Positions 29,468-40,355 of a stretch of 64,000 nt of DNA are shown piece after piece. Position 1 is the stretch's first letter, and every line of letters begins with the position of its first letter. Position numbers and translations under genes: made by a program. The notes below the pieces were generated by a model, which worked only from the letters and a program-made list of their open reading frames with translations, did not search any database and was not told where the DNA came from. This DNA is from Bdellovibrionota bacterium (GTDB lineage: Bacteria > Bdellovibrionota_C > UBA2361 > JAAYZI01): contig JBMNIF010000002.1 in the NCBI GenBank assembly GCA_050950765.1, positions 480,001 through 544,000 of the forward strand. The letters run 5' to 3'.

Positions 29468-29833
29468 CTAAACAAGATCTATATCATCGAAATCAAATTC
29501 AGCTTCCGCCAAAACCTCTTCCGCACCCTCTTTAGAAGGCTCTTTTTCCTGCGGTAACGGAGTTATCATAAACTTGTCTCTTAAACTCCTAATAGCGTTA
29601 TTTTCGGGGTAGGCTAACGAGATTTTTTCAATCTCCTCTGCACAAAAGGGAAGTAATTTCAGATCATAATAGATATGCGCTAAAACCAACCGCCCCTGAT
29701 AACAGGAGAAATCCTCACTCAATCCAAAAAGACACGTCATTAACGCCTCTTCTAAGCGACCTTCCTTACGTAACATCTCTGCTTTTTTAGGAAAATCACT
29801 ATCGACTTTTAAGTTTGAATCAAGTTCTGTCAT
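29468..29833 (-). CDS. TPR-like hypothetical protein
   Basis: AEMLRKEGRLEEAL...GRLVLAHIYY helical-repeat pattern. Confidence 0.6.
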   Translation of the reverse strand: MTELDSNLKVDSDFPKKAEMLRKEGRLEEALMTCLFGLSEDFSCYQGRLVLAHIYYDLKLLPFCAEEIEKISLAYPENNAIRSLRDKFMITPLPQEKEPSKEGAEEVLAEAEFDFDDIDLV

Positions 29834-29893
29834 ATCTTAAATTTAACCAATTATCCGATAAAAAACCACAGATTAACGGCATGCCCATCATAC

Positions 29894-29927
29894 AAAAAGG
29901 GGATGCCGTTTCTGACATCCCCCTTTT
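29894..29927 (-). terminator. Intrinsic terminator after the pilQ-lipoprotein genes
   Basis: Minus strand GGGGATGTC-AGAAAC-GGCATCCCC followed by TTTTT. Confidence 0.75.
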
Positions 29928-29990
29928 CTTAAGTTATCTATTATCTAAAAGTGCGGCATCTAAAACCATGCCTCAACACTTTTGAAATAC

Positions 29991-30974
29991 TTACTTAGTA
30001 CAACTATTAAAGTTATCGATACTTACAGAGCTTCCTGCGGAAAGAACGATCTCCTCTCCGAAAGAGTTTTCACCGTAGAGGTAAAACTGGAAGTTCTTAA
30101 AGCCGAACTCTGCTGGAGGAATAGTCTCCGTAGTTCCATAATAACTCTTTCCGCCGTTACGTGCTTTAAGGAAGAGCGCTTTAAACTCAGCAGATCCACC
30201 GTTAGCAACAGCACTACTGGTAACAGAGATTCTAGGTGAAGTATACCCATCAACTGTATAAGCATAACTCGTAATACGAACTAAAGCTGATGAATTGTTT
30301 ACGTACTTAAAGGTAACATAAGCATCTGTAAACGCCTCAGGCTCATTTCCATTTTCTCCACAATTAGCAGAGAACACGGCATCAATGGATGAAGTATTTT
30401 CAAGATTAGCATCGGAGAAAGTAACGCTTGTTATGCGAACAGCGAGACCATCATTATTGCCACCTTGATCTGTTGTGTCGACACCGCCACCGAGCGTTCC
30501 ACCTGCTGCAGCTGGCCAACCGACAAAACCATCAGGTACATTACCTTGACACTTAACTGTTACGAACTTTCTCTTGTTAGCACCTGAAGGCAAGCGGCAT
30601 CCAAATCTGAAACTTCCAGGTGCTTCACAACCGATCACTCCACTCATATGACCGTAATCATCGGTCATCTCTTTTCCTGTCGTAGGTTCAACGATCGCAA
30701 GACCCCTTTCAGAATCACAAAAGACCTCAACATTAGGAACCGCAACTCCATTCGCGTCAAAAACGGAGACCATAAAGGCACTAGATCCACCAATTCCTAA
30801 GGTTGTGTTGTTAACATCTAAATTGATGCCACCACTATTTGCGTCATCAGAAACGAAAACCGAGCCAACATCATCAGCCCCACTTTCTGATGTTCTACTG
30901 CTATCACACCCCGTAAAGGGAATGACAAAAGCAAGCACCAGAGCTATCTTCACCAGGTAGTTTTTGCTATCCAT
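29991..30974 (-). CDS. Lipoprotein, beta-rich/Ig-like, pilQ-associated
   Basis: FTGC lipobox; VFDANGVAVPNVEV Big-1-like strand. Confidence 0.7.
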   Translation of the reverse strand: MDSKNYLVKIALVLAFVIPFTGCDSSRTSESGADDVGSVFVSDDANSGGINLDVNNTTLGIGGSSAFMVSVFDANGVAVPNVEVFCDSERGLAIVEPTTGKEMTDDYGHMSGVIGCEAPGSFRFGCRLPSGANKRKFVTVKCQGNVPDGFVGWPAAAGGTLGGGVDTTDQGGNNDGLAVRITSVTFSDANLENTSSIDAVFSANCGENGNEPEAFTDAYVTFKYVNNSSALVRITSYAYTVDGYTSPRISVTSSAVANGGSAEFKALFLKARNGGKSYYGTTETIPPAEFGFKNFQFYLYGENSFGEEIVLSAGSSVSIDNFNSCTK

Positions 30975-31043
30975 AGTGTCATCCTATCTTAAAAAAATTC
31001 AATCAACTAAAAAACCAAAAAGACATCAAAACGTTTTTACAAA

Positions 31044-31748
31044 CTATTCGAGATTACCATAACCGTCTGCGGCAACATCACCCACAGTAGCTCCTTGAAT
31101 CACAACATCAGGAGTAAAGGTTACATCCAACGAAATAGAATTTGTTACAACTCTTTTTCCCGCTGAAGTAACTCCCTCAGCATACGATGTAACGATCATT
31201 ACAAACGGAAGCTCCGGCATATACTCACGATTCAAGTTGATAAACTCACTGATAGCAGGCGTAATATAAGATGCACCAAAATACCCAACACTCTCCATGC
31301 CACCAGAATTGGTTAAGGTACCAGGAAGGGTAGAAGATACATCTCCAAACTCAGCAGCAAGGTTACCATCAGCAGCACCTAACACACCATTAACAGCAAC
31401 AGATGTGGCAGGCGGTTGCACAGTAGCACCAGGGATATAGTACTCATTAAAGACCCGCTCTAACCTGATAAACTCACCAGCTAAGTTGTTTTGGACACCA
31501 AAATAGGCGTAAGCAGTTCCAGCCCAACCATTCTCATAATCCATGCTAATAGGAAGTTGGATACCAGTTAAACCAACACCACCATCTGAATCAACATACC
31601 ATCCGAAAGCAGTTACACTCACACCTTGATTATTACGCTGACTATCACCGCACCCGATTAGCGCAATCGCCATAAGTGCAGCCAATACCCACGGTCTAAT
31701 ACATTTTGAATAAATAGCATTCATTGCTAAAATCTCCTTATCTTTCAA
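31044..31748 (-). CDS. Lipoprotein, pilQ-associated
   Basis: LIGC lipobox; starts 7 bp after the pilQ stop. Confidence 0.7.
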   Translation of the reverse strand: MKDKEILAMNAIYSKCIRPWVLAALMAIALIGCGDSQRNNQGVSVTAFGWYVDSDGGVGLTGIQLPISMDYENGWAGTAYAYFGVQNNLAGEFIRLERVFNEYYIPGATVQPPATSVAVNGVLGAADGNLAAEFGDVSSTLPGTLTNSGGMESVGYFGASYITPAISEFINLNREYMPELPFVMIVTSYAEGVTSAGKRVVTNSISLDVTFTPDVVIQGATVGDVAADGYGNLE

Positions 31749-31755
31749 AATACTT

Positions 31756-33783
31756 TCAGGACATACCCTTCATAGACGCATCATCAAAGCTACCTTCGAT
31801 AATTCGTGGGGTAATAAAGAATATCAATTCTTCGTCAGAGTCTGTTACATTAGTAGATCTGAAGAGGTAACCAAGGAACGGAATATCCTTAAGCCATGGC
31901 ACACCTTCGATAGAATCAGTCTCACTAATTCTGTAGATACCACCCAATGCAAAGGTCTGACCACTCGAAACAAGTACTGACGAGTTGGTAGATCTCTCAA
32001 TCTCAGGCGGAATATTATCTACACCACGCTCACGGTTACCCAAAGTACTAGACTTGGCGTTGATATCTAAAAGAACGTAATAGTCCGGTGAAGCTTGCGC
32101 CGTCACATTAAGAACGATACCAACTTCAATCGTCTCCGTAGCTGCAGAACCACTTCCAGCAGCAGTAGCACCTTGACCTGTCGCAACACTCACACCACCT
32201 TGAGGAAGTTTAATTCTGATCTTCTCAACGCTCTTAATAACAGCGGGCTCATTATTTGCAACTGCAACTGAAGGTCTCGAAACGACTTTAACCATTCCTT
32301 CCGTTTCAGCTTGAGTGAGTCTAACATCCAAGCCTTTGCTACCATCAGCGCTACCAAAGAGCATACTTAAAGCAGAGCTCTGGTTTGATGACGGGAAGAA
32401 GGAAGCGGCCGGAGATACGCTCGTTAAGTTTCCATCAGAATCAGCAGCAGCAGCAGAACCACCGATCTGCATTGAGTTCGGGAAATTGTATCCGAGTGCA
32501 TTACCCGTTTCAGGTGTACGCATATAGAAGAAACCCAACTCACTACCAAGGGTACGAACAAAATTACGTGTTGCCTCAACGATCTGAGTTTCAATCAAAA
32601 CTTGCGGAGTTCTTAAATCTAACTTCTGAACTAAGACAGTGACGTTTCTCAAACCTTTTGAAATATCCTTAACAATCAACTGATTGGTACGGTCTTCAAA
32701 AGCAACTGTTCCACGCTCGGTAATAACGGACTCAATAAGGGGCTGTAACTCGGAAGCTTTAGCGTAGCTAACACGAATATACTGAACCTTAAGTGGCTCT
32801 AACTCCTCAGCAGCTTGTAAAGATTGACGTAGCTGTTCACGCTCCAACTTTAACTTCTCAACAGGAGCGATACGTACAACGTTCCCCTCTTGAACTTTAT
32901 CAAGACCGTTAGTCTTTAAGATCACATCAAGAGCCTGATCCCAAGGCACATCAATCAAGCGTAAAGTAACTTTACCGGTCACATCACCACTTGCAATAAT
33001 ATTCAGATTAGAAACTTCAGCGATGATCCTAAGGGCATTATCGATATCTGTGTCTTGCAGATCTAAAGAGATTAAGCGCCCTGTATATTGGGATTCTCCG
33101 AGCAACTCACTAAAATCTGCTGCGGTAGCTTCATCAATAGCCCCTCCAGCAATAACATCATCTGCAACCTCTTCAACCCTCTCATCAGTCGCTTGTGCTA
33201 ACACTTCAGAGCGATCTGAAATCGTAGCAGCATCAGCAATGGCCATAACCATCAACTTACTGCCGCGTGCTTCAACCTTTAAAAGGGTATCGGTCTCTGA
33301 AAAGATACGGAGTGCAACATTATCGCCCTCTTGAACAGCACGGACAGAACGAATCTTTCCGTTATCACGTGGAGCTAAAAGTGTGCGTTCGACATCTTCA
33401 GCAATTCCGGCATCCTCAAGAGTTAAGACATATTCTGACGGAGCAGTCTTGTTGAAAGTATAAAATCCGACTGCTTGTAAATCAGCAACAATTGCGTTAC
33501 TGCCGTGTCCTAATTGTTCAAAACGTAGATCCACGAGCGCTGTCTTGTGATCGCTTTCTCCCAACGCAACCGTGTTTAACTCAAGCCCCTTAGACTCGTC
33601 AGCTTCAACTCTTTGATCGTGCACATCAACGATTCCTCGGTCACTCGCAACAATATCTGCAGAATCGCTTTCAGGCATAGTGGTCGGCGCAAATCCTCCA
33701 CAGGCTGATAAACCTAAAATGGAAAGCAAAAACGCTGCCACAACAAAACCGTTAAAGTTCATCTGGTTTGTTTTACCATTCAT
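31756..33783 (-). CDS. pilQ: Type IV pilus secretin PilQ
   Basis: LSAC lipobox; ISLDLQDTDI...VPWDQALDVIL; PQVLIETQIVE; GVPWLKDIPFLGYLF. GGAG RBS precedes the ATG at 33783. Confidence 0.93.
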   Translation of the reverse strand: MNGKTNQMNFNGFVVAAFLLSILGLSACGGFAPTTMPESDSADIVASDRGIVDVHDQRVEADESKGLELNTVALGESDHKTALVDLRFEQLGHGSNAIVADLQAVGFYTFNKTAPSEYVLTLEDAGIAEDVERTLLAPRDNGKIRSVRAVQEGDNVALRIFSETDTLLKVEARGSKLMVMAIADAATISDRSEVLAQATDERVEEVADDVIAGGAIDEATAADFSELLGESQYTGRLISLDLQDTDIDNALRIIAEVSNLNIIASGDVTGKVTLRLIDVPWDQALDVILKTNGLDKVQEGNVVRIAPVEKLKLEREQLRQSLQAAEELEPLKVQYIRVSYAKASELQPLIESVITERGTVAFEDRTNQLIVKDISKGLRNVTVLVQKLDLRTPQVLIETQIVEATRNFVRTLGSELGFFYMRTPETGNALGYNFPNSMQIGGSAAAADSDGNLTSVSPAASFFPSSNQSSALSMLFGSADGSKGLDVRLTQAETEGMVKVVSRPSVAVANNEPAVIKSVEKIRIKLPQGGVSVATGQGATAAGSGSAATETIEVGIVLNVTAQASPDYYVLLDINAKSSTLGNRERGVDNIPPEIERSTNSSVLVSSGQTFALGGIYRISETDSIEGVPWLKDIPFLGYLFRSTNVTDSDEELIFFITPRIIEGSFDDASMKGMS

Positions 33784-34366
33784 GAGGGTTCTCCCTAAAT
33801 ACGAACTTATTAACAAGGCTTCCACAATCCGTTAGGTGTTAAAACTACAACCAAAAACAAAAAACGTAAAAGCCTTTCAAAACTCAAATGCGTGAAGAAA
33901 TTATCAGACACGCATACACCTAATAATCAATTACGGAACCAACAGAGTCAAAAAAAATAATAATTTTTCTATTTTTCTCTGAAGGCAACCTCCCCAGCAG
34001 GATACTAATTTGCCGGACACTCCCTGACAACATAGAAAATTAACCTGCAACAAGAATTTTATGGAGGTGCCTGCACAACCGTATGCGGATAAACACCTCC
34101 TAATAAGACTCCATGAATATGGCAAATAAAGAACTATGTCAACAACCATTTAAAGCAGATCTGAGAGCTATCTATTTGAAATAACAGATGAAAAATAGAT
34201 TTTTGGTAATGTTTTTTCTCTAAGTTATAAGGCTTCAAAAACACAAAATCGAGTGATTTTTTAGGAAATGGAGCGCGCTGCAAAGCTCTGACAGGAGAGC
34301 TTACTCACTTAGATAACAGTAGGAAAATATTACAATATCGTTACAAAAAACGAGTATAACGACGTT

Positions 34367-35002
34367 CTACCTACGCCTTCTCCTCTTTGATTTTGCTTTG
34401 ATAGCATCAGCTTCAGCTTTCGCAATTCTTTCACTTTCATCAAGATAACGGAAAGACGTTATAATGCAGCTACTTCTGACAAGAACTTCCTCCTTACTCT
34501 CTGTGTTGAGATCGATACTTACGGTATCGATATTAACGATTCTGGAGAGGTGCCCCACCTCGTCAAAAAATGTTACTAACTGGTGAAAATTTCCTTCAAC
34601 TTCAAGATACATCGGAACTTCAGCAAAAAAATCTTTAATAACCTCCTGCTGAGGGGTGAACTTAATTACTTCTAAACCGATATCCGTTGCTAACGAAGAA
34701 AGGGATGCTAAGAGAACCTGTATCTCCTTTTTGTCGGGGAGTTGTGCAAAGACCCGTTCTAATTGCGCATCTAGTTTCTCAATATTACTTCGCAAACGGG
34801 GAAGTTGCCGCACCTTACGTTGTGCCGTAGCGATACCGTTACTGAGAGTCTCACTTTTATTATTCAGAGACTCTAACCTTTGCCACTCTCCTTTATAAAA
34901 ATACAACCAGAACACCAGCGCCAGCACTAACAAAGTTCCGCACCATAAAGCGATCTTCTGCGATAACGGACGAGCCTCTATTTTTTCAAAGATAGCGTTC
35001 AT
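34367..35002 (-). CDS. pilO: Type IV pilus PilO
   Basis: TM plus coiled coil; QLPDKKEI; GNFHQLVTFFDEVGHLSRIVNI. Confidence 0.92.
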   Translation of the reverse strand: MNAIFEKIEARPLSQKIALWCGTLLVLALVFWLYFYKGEWQRLESLNNKSETLSNGIATAQRKVRQLPRLRSNIEKLDAQLERVFAQLPDKKEIQVLLASLSSLATDIGLEVIKFTPQQEVIKDFFAEVPMYLEVEGNFHQLVTFFDEVGHLSRIVNIDTVSIDLNTESKEEVLVRSSCIITSFRYLDESERIAKAEADAIKAKSKRRRRR

Positions 35003-35766
35003 ATCTCCTCTTCCTCTTTCTTCTCAGCCTTAACCAAAACGCTATTAAGTTTTCCGGCGTAATTAACCTTAGCCGTAACGGTGAACTCCTTAATTTTAAT
35101 ATTAAACTCATCTAGCGCCGCTTTTCTCGCATTTTCAATATCATTCCGACTTTTCTCTCTGACAGACCACCGCTTGGCAGGTGTGGTGCCTTTTTTGCCG
35201 CCACCTGCTTTTGTAGCACGTTTATCTGAACGTAGAGCCTGTAAATCAGGTGTCGCCTGAACTTGTCCTGTACGCTTAGCGTAATACATCTGATCCGAAG
35301 TGATTAATTCAACAGAGCTGAAGTAATCAGAGTTATCCAGATTCTTCATAAAGATGGATATACTTTCATTATTTAAAGCACGCCCTTTTATAGTAAAGAA
35401 TCCATTTTTCTCAATTACTGAACGTAACCAAACGTGTGACGGAACCGCCAGATTCAGATCATCAAAAACCCTAACAGGTCCTATTTTATTCTGATTAACA
35501 CGTGCGATAACCGCTAATTTTTCATTAAGGAGTTTATCTTTTACCTCCAACTCATCAATCTCCTTAGTCTGTTTCTTTAGATGTTCAAACTGGGCCTCTA
35601 AAGTAGCCACCTGTTGCTCTTTTACTTCAATATCTTTAACGATCCCGCCATACATCACATAAAAAGCGGCGAGTAAACAAAGTATGGAAAGAAAGTAACA
35701 AACAAGCCCTATCCTCCAAGCGAGTTTACTATCACACTCCTCTCCAAGAAGGTTTATCTTTATCAT
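34999..35766 (-). CDS. pilN: Type IV pilus PilN
   Basis: MIKINLL PilM-binding motif, TM, VPSHVWL. Confidence 0.9.
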   Translation of the reverse strand: MIKINLLGEECDSKLAWRIGLVCYFLSILCLLAAFYVMYGGIVKDIEVKEQQVATLEAQFEHLKKQTKEIDELEVKDKLLNEKLAVIARVNQNKIGPVRVFDDLNLAVPSHVWLRSVIEKNGFFTIKGRALNNESISIFMKNLDNSDYFSSVELITSDQMYYAKRTGQVQATPDLQALRSDKRATKAGGGKKGTTPAKRWSVREKSRNDIENARKAALDEFNIKIKEFTVTAKVNYAGKLNSVLVKAEKKEEEEI

Positions 35767-35812
35767 TTTCGACCCCGTTTAATTTCACTCACTCCGGCAT
35801 AACTTGCAGATC

Positions 35813-36895
35813 TTATCTATCTTTATCAAACCTATCCCCGACATGCCTTATCCCCATACCTACTGCTATGGCTAACTTCGTTCTTCTACCCTCATCTAAG
35901 TATGCAGCATCAAGATCGTGATCAATCTTAAGCCCCCTTAAAGGATCGATCCGTTCACACGGCACGCCTGTTTTATCACTAATCTCTTCCAATAAACTCG
36001 GCACAAGAGAGGCACCACCTGTCATAAAGATATTATCAATTCCACCCTCTGCACCGGAAGCGTTCCAAAACATACTCAACTGTCTATTCAACTCAGCTGC
36101 TACCCGCTCCGCTTTTTTATGTAAAACCTCTAAAACTAATTCGGCATCAGCACTACCGACACCCTCTCCCAATTTCTGTCTCTCTGCATCTTCAAAACTA
36201 CCACCAAGCTCCTGCACTAACGCTTCTGAAAAAGTTTTTCCACCAAGAGTCATATCTCCTGTAAAGAGCGATTGTCCTCCTTTGCAGATATTGATACCGG
36301 AGTAACGTGACCCCATATCGATCAAGGTCACCGTTTTTGAAAGGAGCTCTGGATATGCCAATTCAAAACAGTTTTGCAAAGCAAAGTAATCTACATCAAC
36401 CAAGACCACATCAAGCCCTGCTTCAGAAACAGCGTCTATATAACTGTCAACGATCTCGTCTTTTACCGCCACAACCAAGAGGTCATAATTATTTTTGCTT
36501 TTTTCTCCGATGATATGAAAATCTATCTTAACACTACCGACACTAGGCGGAAGAAAGTTGGCTGTCTCCATCTCCAAGCACGCTTTTAATTCGGAATAAG
36601 ATAACTTCGGCATCGTCATCCGTTTTGTAAAGACACTCGGTCCAGGCATAGACACTACCGCCTTATCAGCATCAAAATCTTTTTCTTCTAAAAGCTCTGC
36701 TATTTTTGCTGAAACGTTCTCAGGTTTTACAATGCTGTTATTTACAAACGTATCCGGAGCTAACGCACTCTCTGCCACATTCAGCAACGTATAAGGTGTA
36801 GTTGTAGTATCAAGCTCAACCAACTTAACGGAGCTACTTCCGATATCAACCGCTAACAGATCTTCTTTACTAGAAAACAGACCCCCTATCCCCAT
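35813..36895 (-). CDS. pilM: Type IV pilus PilM
   Basis: AVDIGSSSVKLVEL, IDMG and TGGAS actin-like motifs. Confidence 0.93.
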   Translation of the reverse strand: MGIGGLFSSKEDLLAVDIGSSSVKLVELDTTTTPYTLLNVAESALAPDTFVNNSIVKPENVSAKIAELLEEKDFDADKAVVSMPGPSVFTKRMTMPKLSYSELKACLEMETANFLPPSVGSVKIDFHIIGEKSKNNYDLLVVAVKDEIVDSYIDAVSEAGLDVVLVDVDYFALQNCFELAYPELLSKTVTLIDMGSRYSGINICKGGQSLFTGDMTLGGKTFSEALVQELGGSFEDAERQKLGEGVGSADAELVLEVLHKKAERVAAELNRQLSMFWNASGAEGGIDNIFMTGGASLVPSLLEEISDKTGVPCERIDPLRGLKIDHDLDAAYLDEGRRTKLAIAVGMGIRHVGDRFDKDR

Positions 36896-37141
36896 TTTGA
36901 AATCCCAAAAAAACACAATCAACTAAGAATGATTAGAAACAACACTATAACCGTCGTAAGATCTATCGAAAGAAAAGAGAAATAAATCAACCGAAAAAAT
37001 ACTAATTTTCGGCACAGGCGATCCTACTCAAGCGACCTATTATTTAACTATCTTATTTTATTATATAAAACCAGCCTTAGCGCAACCTCAAGACACTATC
37101 TCTTCTAAGCGGAGTATAAAGCTGTTAGATTTCTCTTCCCT

Positions 37142-39436
37142 TTGTTTAGATTTTACCCGTTGTGTACATTGCGGATTATGTCAGAACGATTTGTAAATAT
37201 CGCTGTTCCACCACTTAAGCAGCTCTTCACCTACTCCGTACCAGATGGGGGCGCTATCGCCATCGGTTCGTGTTTAAGGGTTAGTTTCGGCAAGCAATCA
37301 CGTCTCGGATACGTCATTGAAGAGGTTGAAGCACCTGCAACTACGCATAAAATAAAAGAGCTAAATCTGAATCAAGATATCCGACACTGTTTTTTACCGT
37401 CACAGCTACAATTTCTAAAATGGATCTCAAGTTATTATGGTGTTCCGCTCTCACTTGCAATTGAAACAGCACTCCCAAAAATTACCTCTGCAAAAGAAGA
37501 ACGGTTTATCCGTTTTCTTAAAACCCCTGAAAAAGCGTTGCGCGGAAAGGTGCAGAACGAACTTTTTGAAGAGATTAAGGGAAGAACCGATCTGATCCCT
37601 TATACACAACTTTTAAAAAAACATACCTCTATTCTGCCTGCTTTACGCGCCCTGCAAGAAAAAGGGTTAATCGAGATCTTCACTCAAAAAAAAGAATATA
37701 AAACAACGATCACTCCACCCGCTTGGGCAAAACGTGAAGTCGTTCTTAATGAAGATCAGATCAATGCTTTAAACTGCATAAAAGAGAGTTTACTAATTGC
37801 AAAAAACTATTGCACCACCTGCAACGACGAAAACGGTTCAGCACTTTCAGATCAATCTTTATCAAAACCTATCCCACCTTTTTTAATGCACGGCGTTACA
37901 GGTAGTGGAAAAACGGAGGTTTATATTGAAGCTATCAACGCCGCAAAAGATCTGGGACTAGGATCGTTAGTGATAGTTCCTGAGATCGCTCTTACACCAC
38001 AACTGATTGACCGTTTTACAGCGAGACTCGGTAACGATATAGCTATTTTACACAGTGGCATTTCAGACCGTGAAAGGTGGAGCGCTTGGAGCGCCCTTCT
38101 TGAAGGGAAGATACAGATAGCTATCGGTGCACGATCTGGTATCTTTGCACCGATTCAAAACTTAGGGCTGATCATCGTTGATGAAGAACACGATAGCTCT
38201 TTTAAACAATCTGATGGACTCCGTTATAATGCCAGAGATCTCGCTGTTGTTTTAGCCTCACTACGTCACTGCCCCGTTGTCTTAGGATCTGCCACACCAT
38301 CACTTGAAAGTTATCACAACGCTCTTACAAAAAAATACCGTTACCTTCCGTTACGGAAACGTCACCATTCAGGATCGGATATCGTGGTTTCTATCATTGA
38401 TATGAATAAGAGCAGAGCGGAAGAGCGTCCGTCACCGTCATTATCTAAAGAATTATACACAGCTATTACAGAAAAATTAGCACATAAAGAACAGGTTTTT
38501 ATCCTTTACAATAGACGTGGTTTTGCCTGTTATTTACAGTGCGATAAGTGCAACAAAGTCATAACTTGTCCGAATTGTAGTGTTACTCTAACCATGCACG
38601 CTTCAGACAACACTTTAAAGTGTCACTACTGCGATTATAAAATTCCAGCACCAACCCTATGCCCACACTGCACGGCAGAAGAAGTAGGATCATTAATCCT
38701 TAGAGGCTCCGGCACGGAAAAAGTTTTTGAAGAGATTGCGGATCTTTTTCCTGAAGCGAAACTTTCTCGTCTTGATCGAGATGCGGCAGATAATCCACAA
38801 CAGTACAGACAGATCCTTGATGATGTAAGAAACGGCACAACTGATATCTTAATCGGCACACAGATGATCGCTAAAGGACACGATCTACCAAAGGTAACTT
38901 TAGTTGGTATCGTTGATTGTGATGTCGGACTGAATATGCCTGATTTTCGCGCTTCAGAACGTGTATTTCAACTTTTAACTCAAGCCTCCGGTCGAGCGGG
39001 ACGTGGCACTTTACAGGGGCGTGTTCTCTTACAAACACACATTCCCAATCACCTCAGTTTGCAAAGTACAAAACTTAAAAGTTTTGCAACCTTTGCTAAA
39101 GCAGAATTATCCTCTAGAAAAGAGCTGTTTTATCCCCCCTTTTCACGCATCTTGCGTGTACTTGTTTCCTCAGAAGATCAACAAGAACCTTTTTTAATCT
39201 TGTCGAAGTGGCGAGACCTTAGCGCGAACCTTATCTCAAAACAGAACTTAGCAGTTTCTATACTTGGTCCCTGCCCAACTGCTATCGCTCGTATCCGTAA
39301 CAGATGGCGTTGGCACCTCCTCTTTAAATCAAAAGCCCCCAGCGCTTTAAATATAATAATGAACGCCCTTCAAACTCAAAAAGTAAGCTCCTCCACACGC
39401 ATAGCTTTTGACTTAGACCCACAAGACCTACTTTAA
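37142..39436 (+). CDS. priA: Primosomal protein N'
   Basis: GVTGSGKTEVY, DEEHD, SATPS, double Zn ribbon, GTQMIAKGHD; start possibly 37178. Confidence 0.96.
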   Translation: MFRFYPLCTLRIMSERFVNIAVPPLKQLFTYSVPDGGAIAIGSCLRVSFGKQSRLGYVIEEVEAPATTHKIKELNLNQDIRHCFLPSQLQFLKWISSYYGVPLSLAIETALPKITSAKEERFIRFLKTPEKALRGKVQNELFEEIKGRTDLIPYTQLLKKHTSILPALRALQEKGLIEIFTQKKEYKTTITPPAWAKREVVLNEDQINALNCIKESLLIAKNYCTTCNDENGSALSDQSLSKPIPPFLMHGVTGSGKTEVYIEAINAAKDLGLGSLVIVPEIALTPQLIDRFTARLGNDIAILHSGISDRERWSAWSALLEGKIQIAIGARSGIFAPIQNLGLIIVDEEHDSSFKQSDGLRYNARDLAVVLASLRHCPVVLGSATPSLESYHNALTKKYRYLPLRKRHHSGSDIVVSIIDMNKSRAEERPSPSLSKELYTAITEKLAHKEQVFILYNRRGFACYLQCDKCNKVITCPNCSVTLTMHASDNTLKCHYCDYKIPAPTLCPHCTAEEVGSLILRGSGTEKVFEEIADLFPEAKLSRLDRDAADNPQQYRQILDDVRNGTTDILIGTQMIAKGHDLPKVTLVGIVDCDVGLNMPDFRASERVFQLLTQASGRAGRGTLQGRVLLQTHIPNHLSLQSTKLKSFATFAKAELSSRKELFYPPFSRILRVLVSSEDQQEPFLILSKWRDLSANLISKQNLAVSILGPCPTAIARIRNRWRWHLLFKSKAPSALNIIMNALQTQKVSSSTRIAFDLDPQDLL

Positions 39437-39512
39437 AAAATATACACTTAAAGATAAGAAAGTTTTAAGGTCTACTAAAAAACATCCATAGAGATAAGAA
39501 AGTAATTAAATT

Positions 39513-39637
39513 TTTTTACCACAATAATTCTCTGCTTCTTCGTTACTTTGTAACCTTTTTTACCTCTATGATTCTCTGCTTCCTTCTTATTTTGTAGCCC
39601 CTTTTTACCTCAATAATTCTCTGCTTCCTTTTTATTT
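39513..39637. repeat. Degenerate tandem repeat, ~44 bp x ~2.7
   Basis: TTTTTACC(T/A)C(A/T)AT(A/G)ATTCTCTGCTTC at 39513, 39557 and 39602. Confidence 0.75.
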
Positions 39638-39658
39638 ACACGATTTTTTTAGAACAGA

Positions 39659-40072
39659 TTACCTTCCGCCTCTTGCTTTTTTGCACGCGGCTAAAGCTTC
39701 TTCTGCAAACGTTTCTAGATTTAAGAGCTCTCTATTTTTTGCTTTAATTTTACGTTTTAAATTTCTTTTTTTAGCGGAGTTTTTAGTTTCTTTTCTTTTC
39801 CTCTGTAATTTAACTTTTTCACTCCTTGCTTTCATAATCAGAACGCTAAACGGTTCAAAAACAAGTTTATTCCCCTCTTTAAACATTCCGGCTGTGATAA
39901 CACTTCCCGCTATTCGACAAGCGACATTGGTACCGTCATCCGTCTTAGCAGCAAAGATCTGCCCTGTTGTTTTTGGAAGTGGTCTAGGAGTTGGTCTCGG
40001 TCCACACGCCAAAGCAGGCGTTACAATAAATGCAGATAATCCCAATGCAATTAATAACTTCTGAACCTTCAT
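39659..40072 (-). CDS. Exported, strongly basic hypothetical protein
   Basis: GGAGG RBS, signal peptide, Pro-rich linker, Lys/Arg-rich helix. Confidence 0.7.
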   Translation of the reverse strand: MKVQKLLIALGLSAFIVTPALACGPRPTPRPLPKTTGQIFAAKTDDGTNVACRIAGSVITAGMFKEGNKLVFEPFSVLIMKARSEKVKLQRKRKETKNSAKKRNLKRKIKAKNRELLNLETFAEEALAACKKARGGR

Positions 40073-40214
40073 GGCACCTCCTTCGTTTAACGGACATTTA
40101 ACACACGTTTAACGCAACACTCACATTTTAAGATATCGGTACTTTATTTTTATTGTTAATGTTCTGACGCTAAATCATCCGCTCTAACATAAAATTTTTT
40201 TCCCTACCAATTAC

Positions 40215-40355
40215 CACTCGCTAGGGACAGTAGAACGGGCTGATACTAAAAAATGAATTGGCTAGATATTTACGGAGGTTAAAAACACTCGCTAGGGACA
40301 GTAGAACGGGCTGATACTAAAAAATGAATTAGTTAGGTTTTCACGAAGGTAAAAA
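40215..40355 (-). repeat. Dispersed intergenic repeat family, 2 tandem copies in inverted orientation
   Basis: GAACGGGCTGATACTAAAAAATGAATTGGCTAG...ACGGAGGTTAAAA is the reverse complement of the 22391 core. Confidence 0.9.

Noticed and set aside
33980..34030. c-di-GMP-I riboswitch upstream of pilQ (GGCAAA...TTGCC on the minus strand)
   Set aside because: The GNRA loop and the second stem with its receptor are not recognisable; an Infernal scan would be needed.
33931..34149. 72 aa ORF as pilP
   Set aside because: No lipobox or PilP motif, and it is too short.
40132..40159. Sigma28 promoter for the 39659-40072 gene (TTAA-N15-ACCGATAT on the minus strand)
   Set aside because: Plausible but too weak in AT-rich DNA to call without TSS data.
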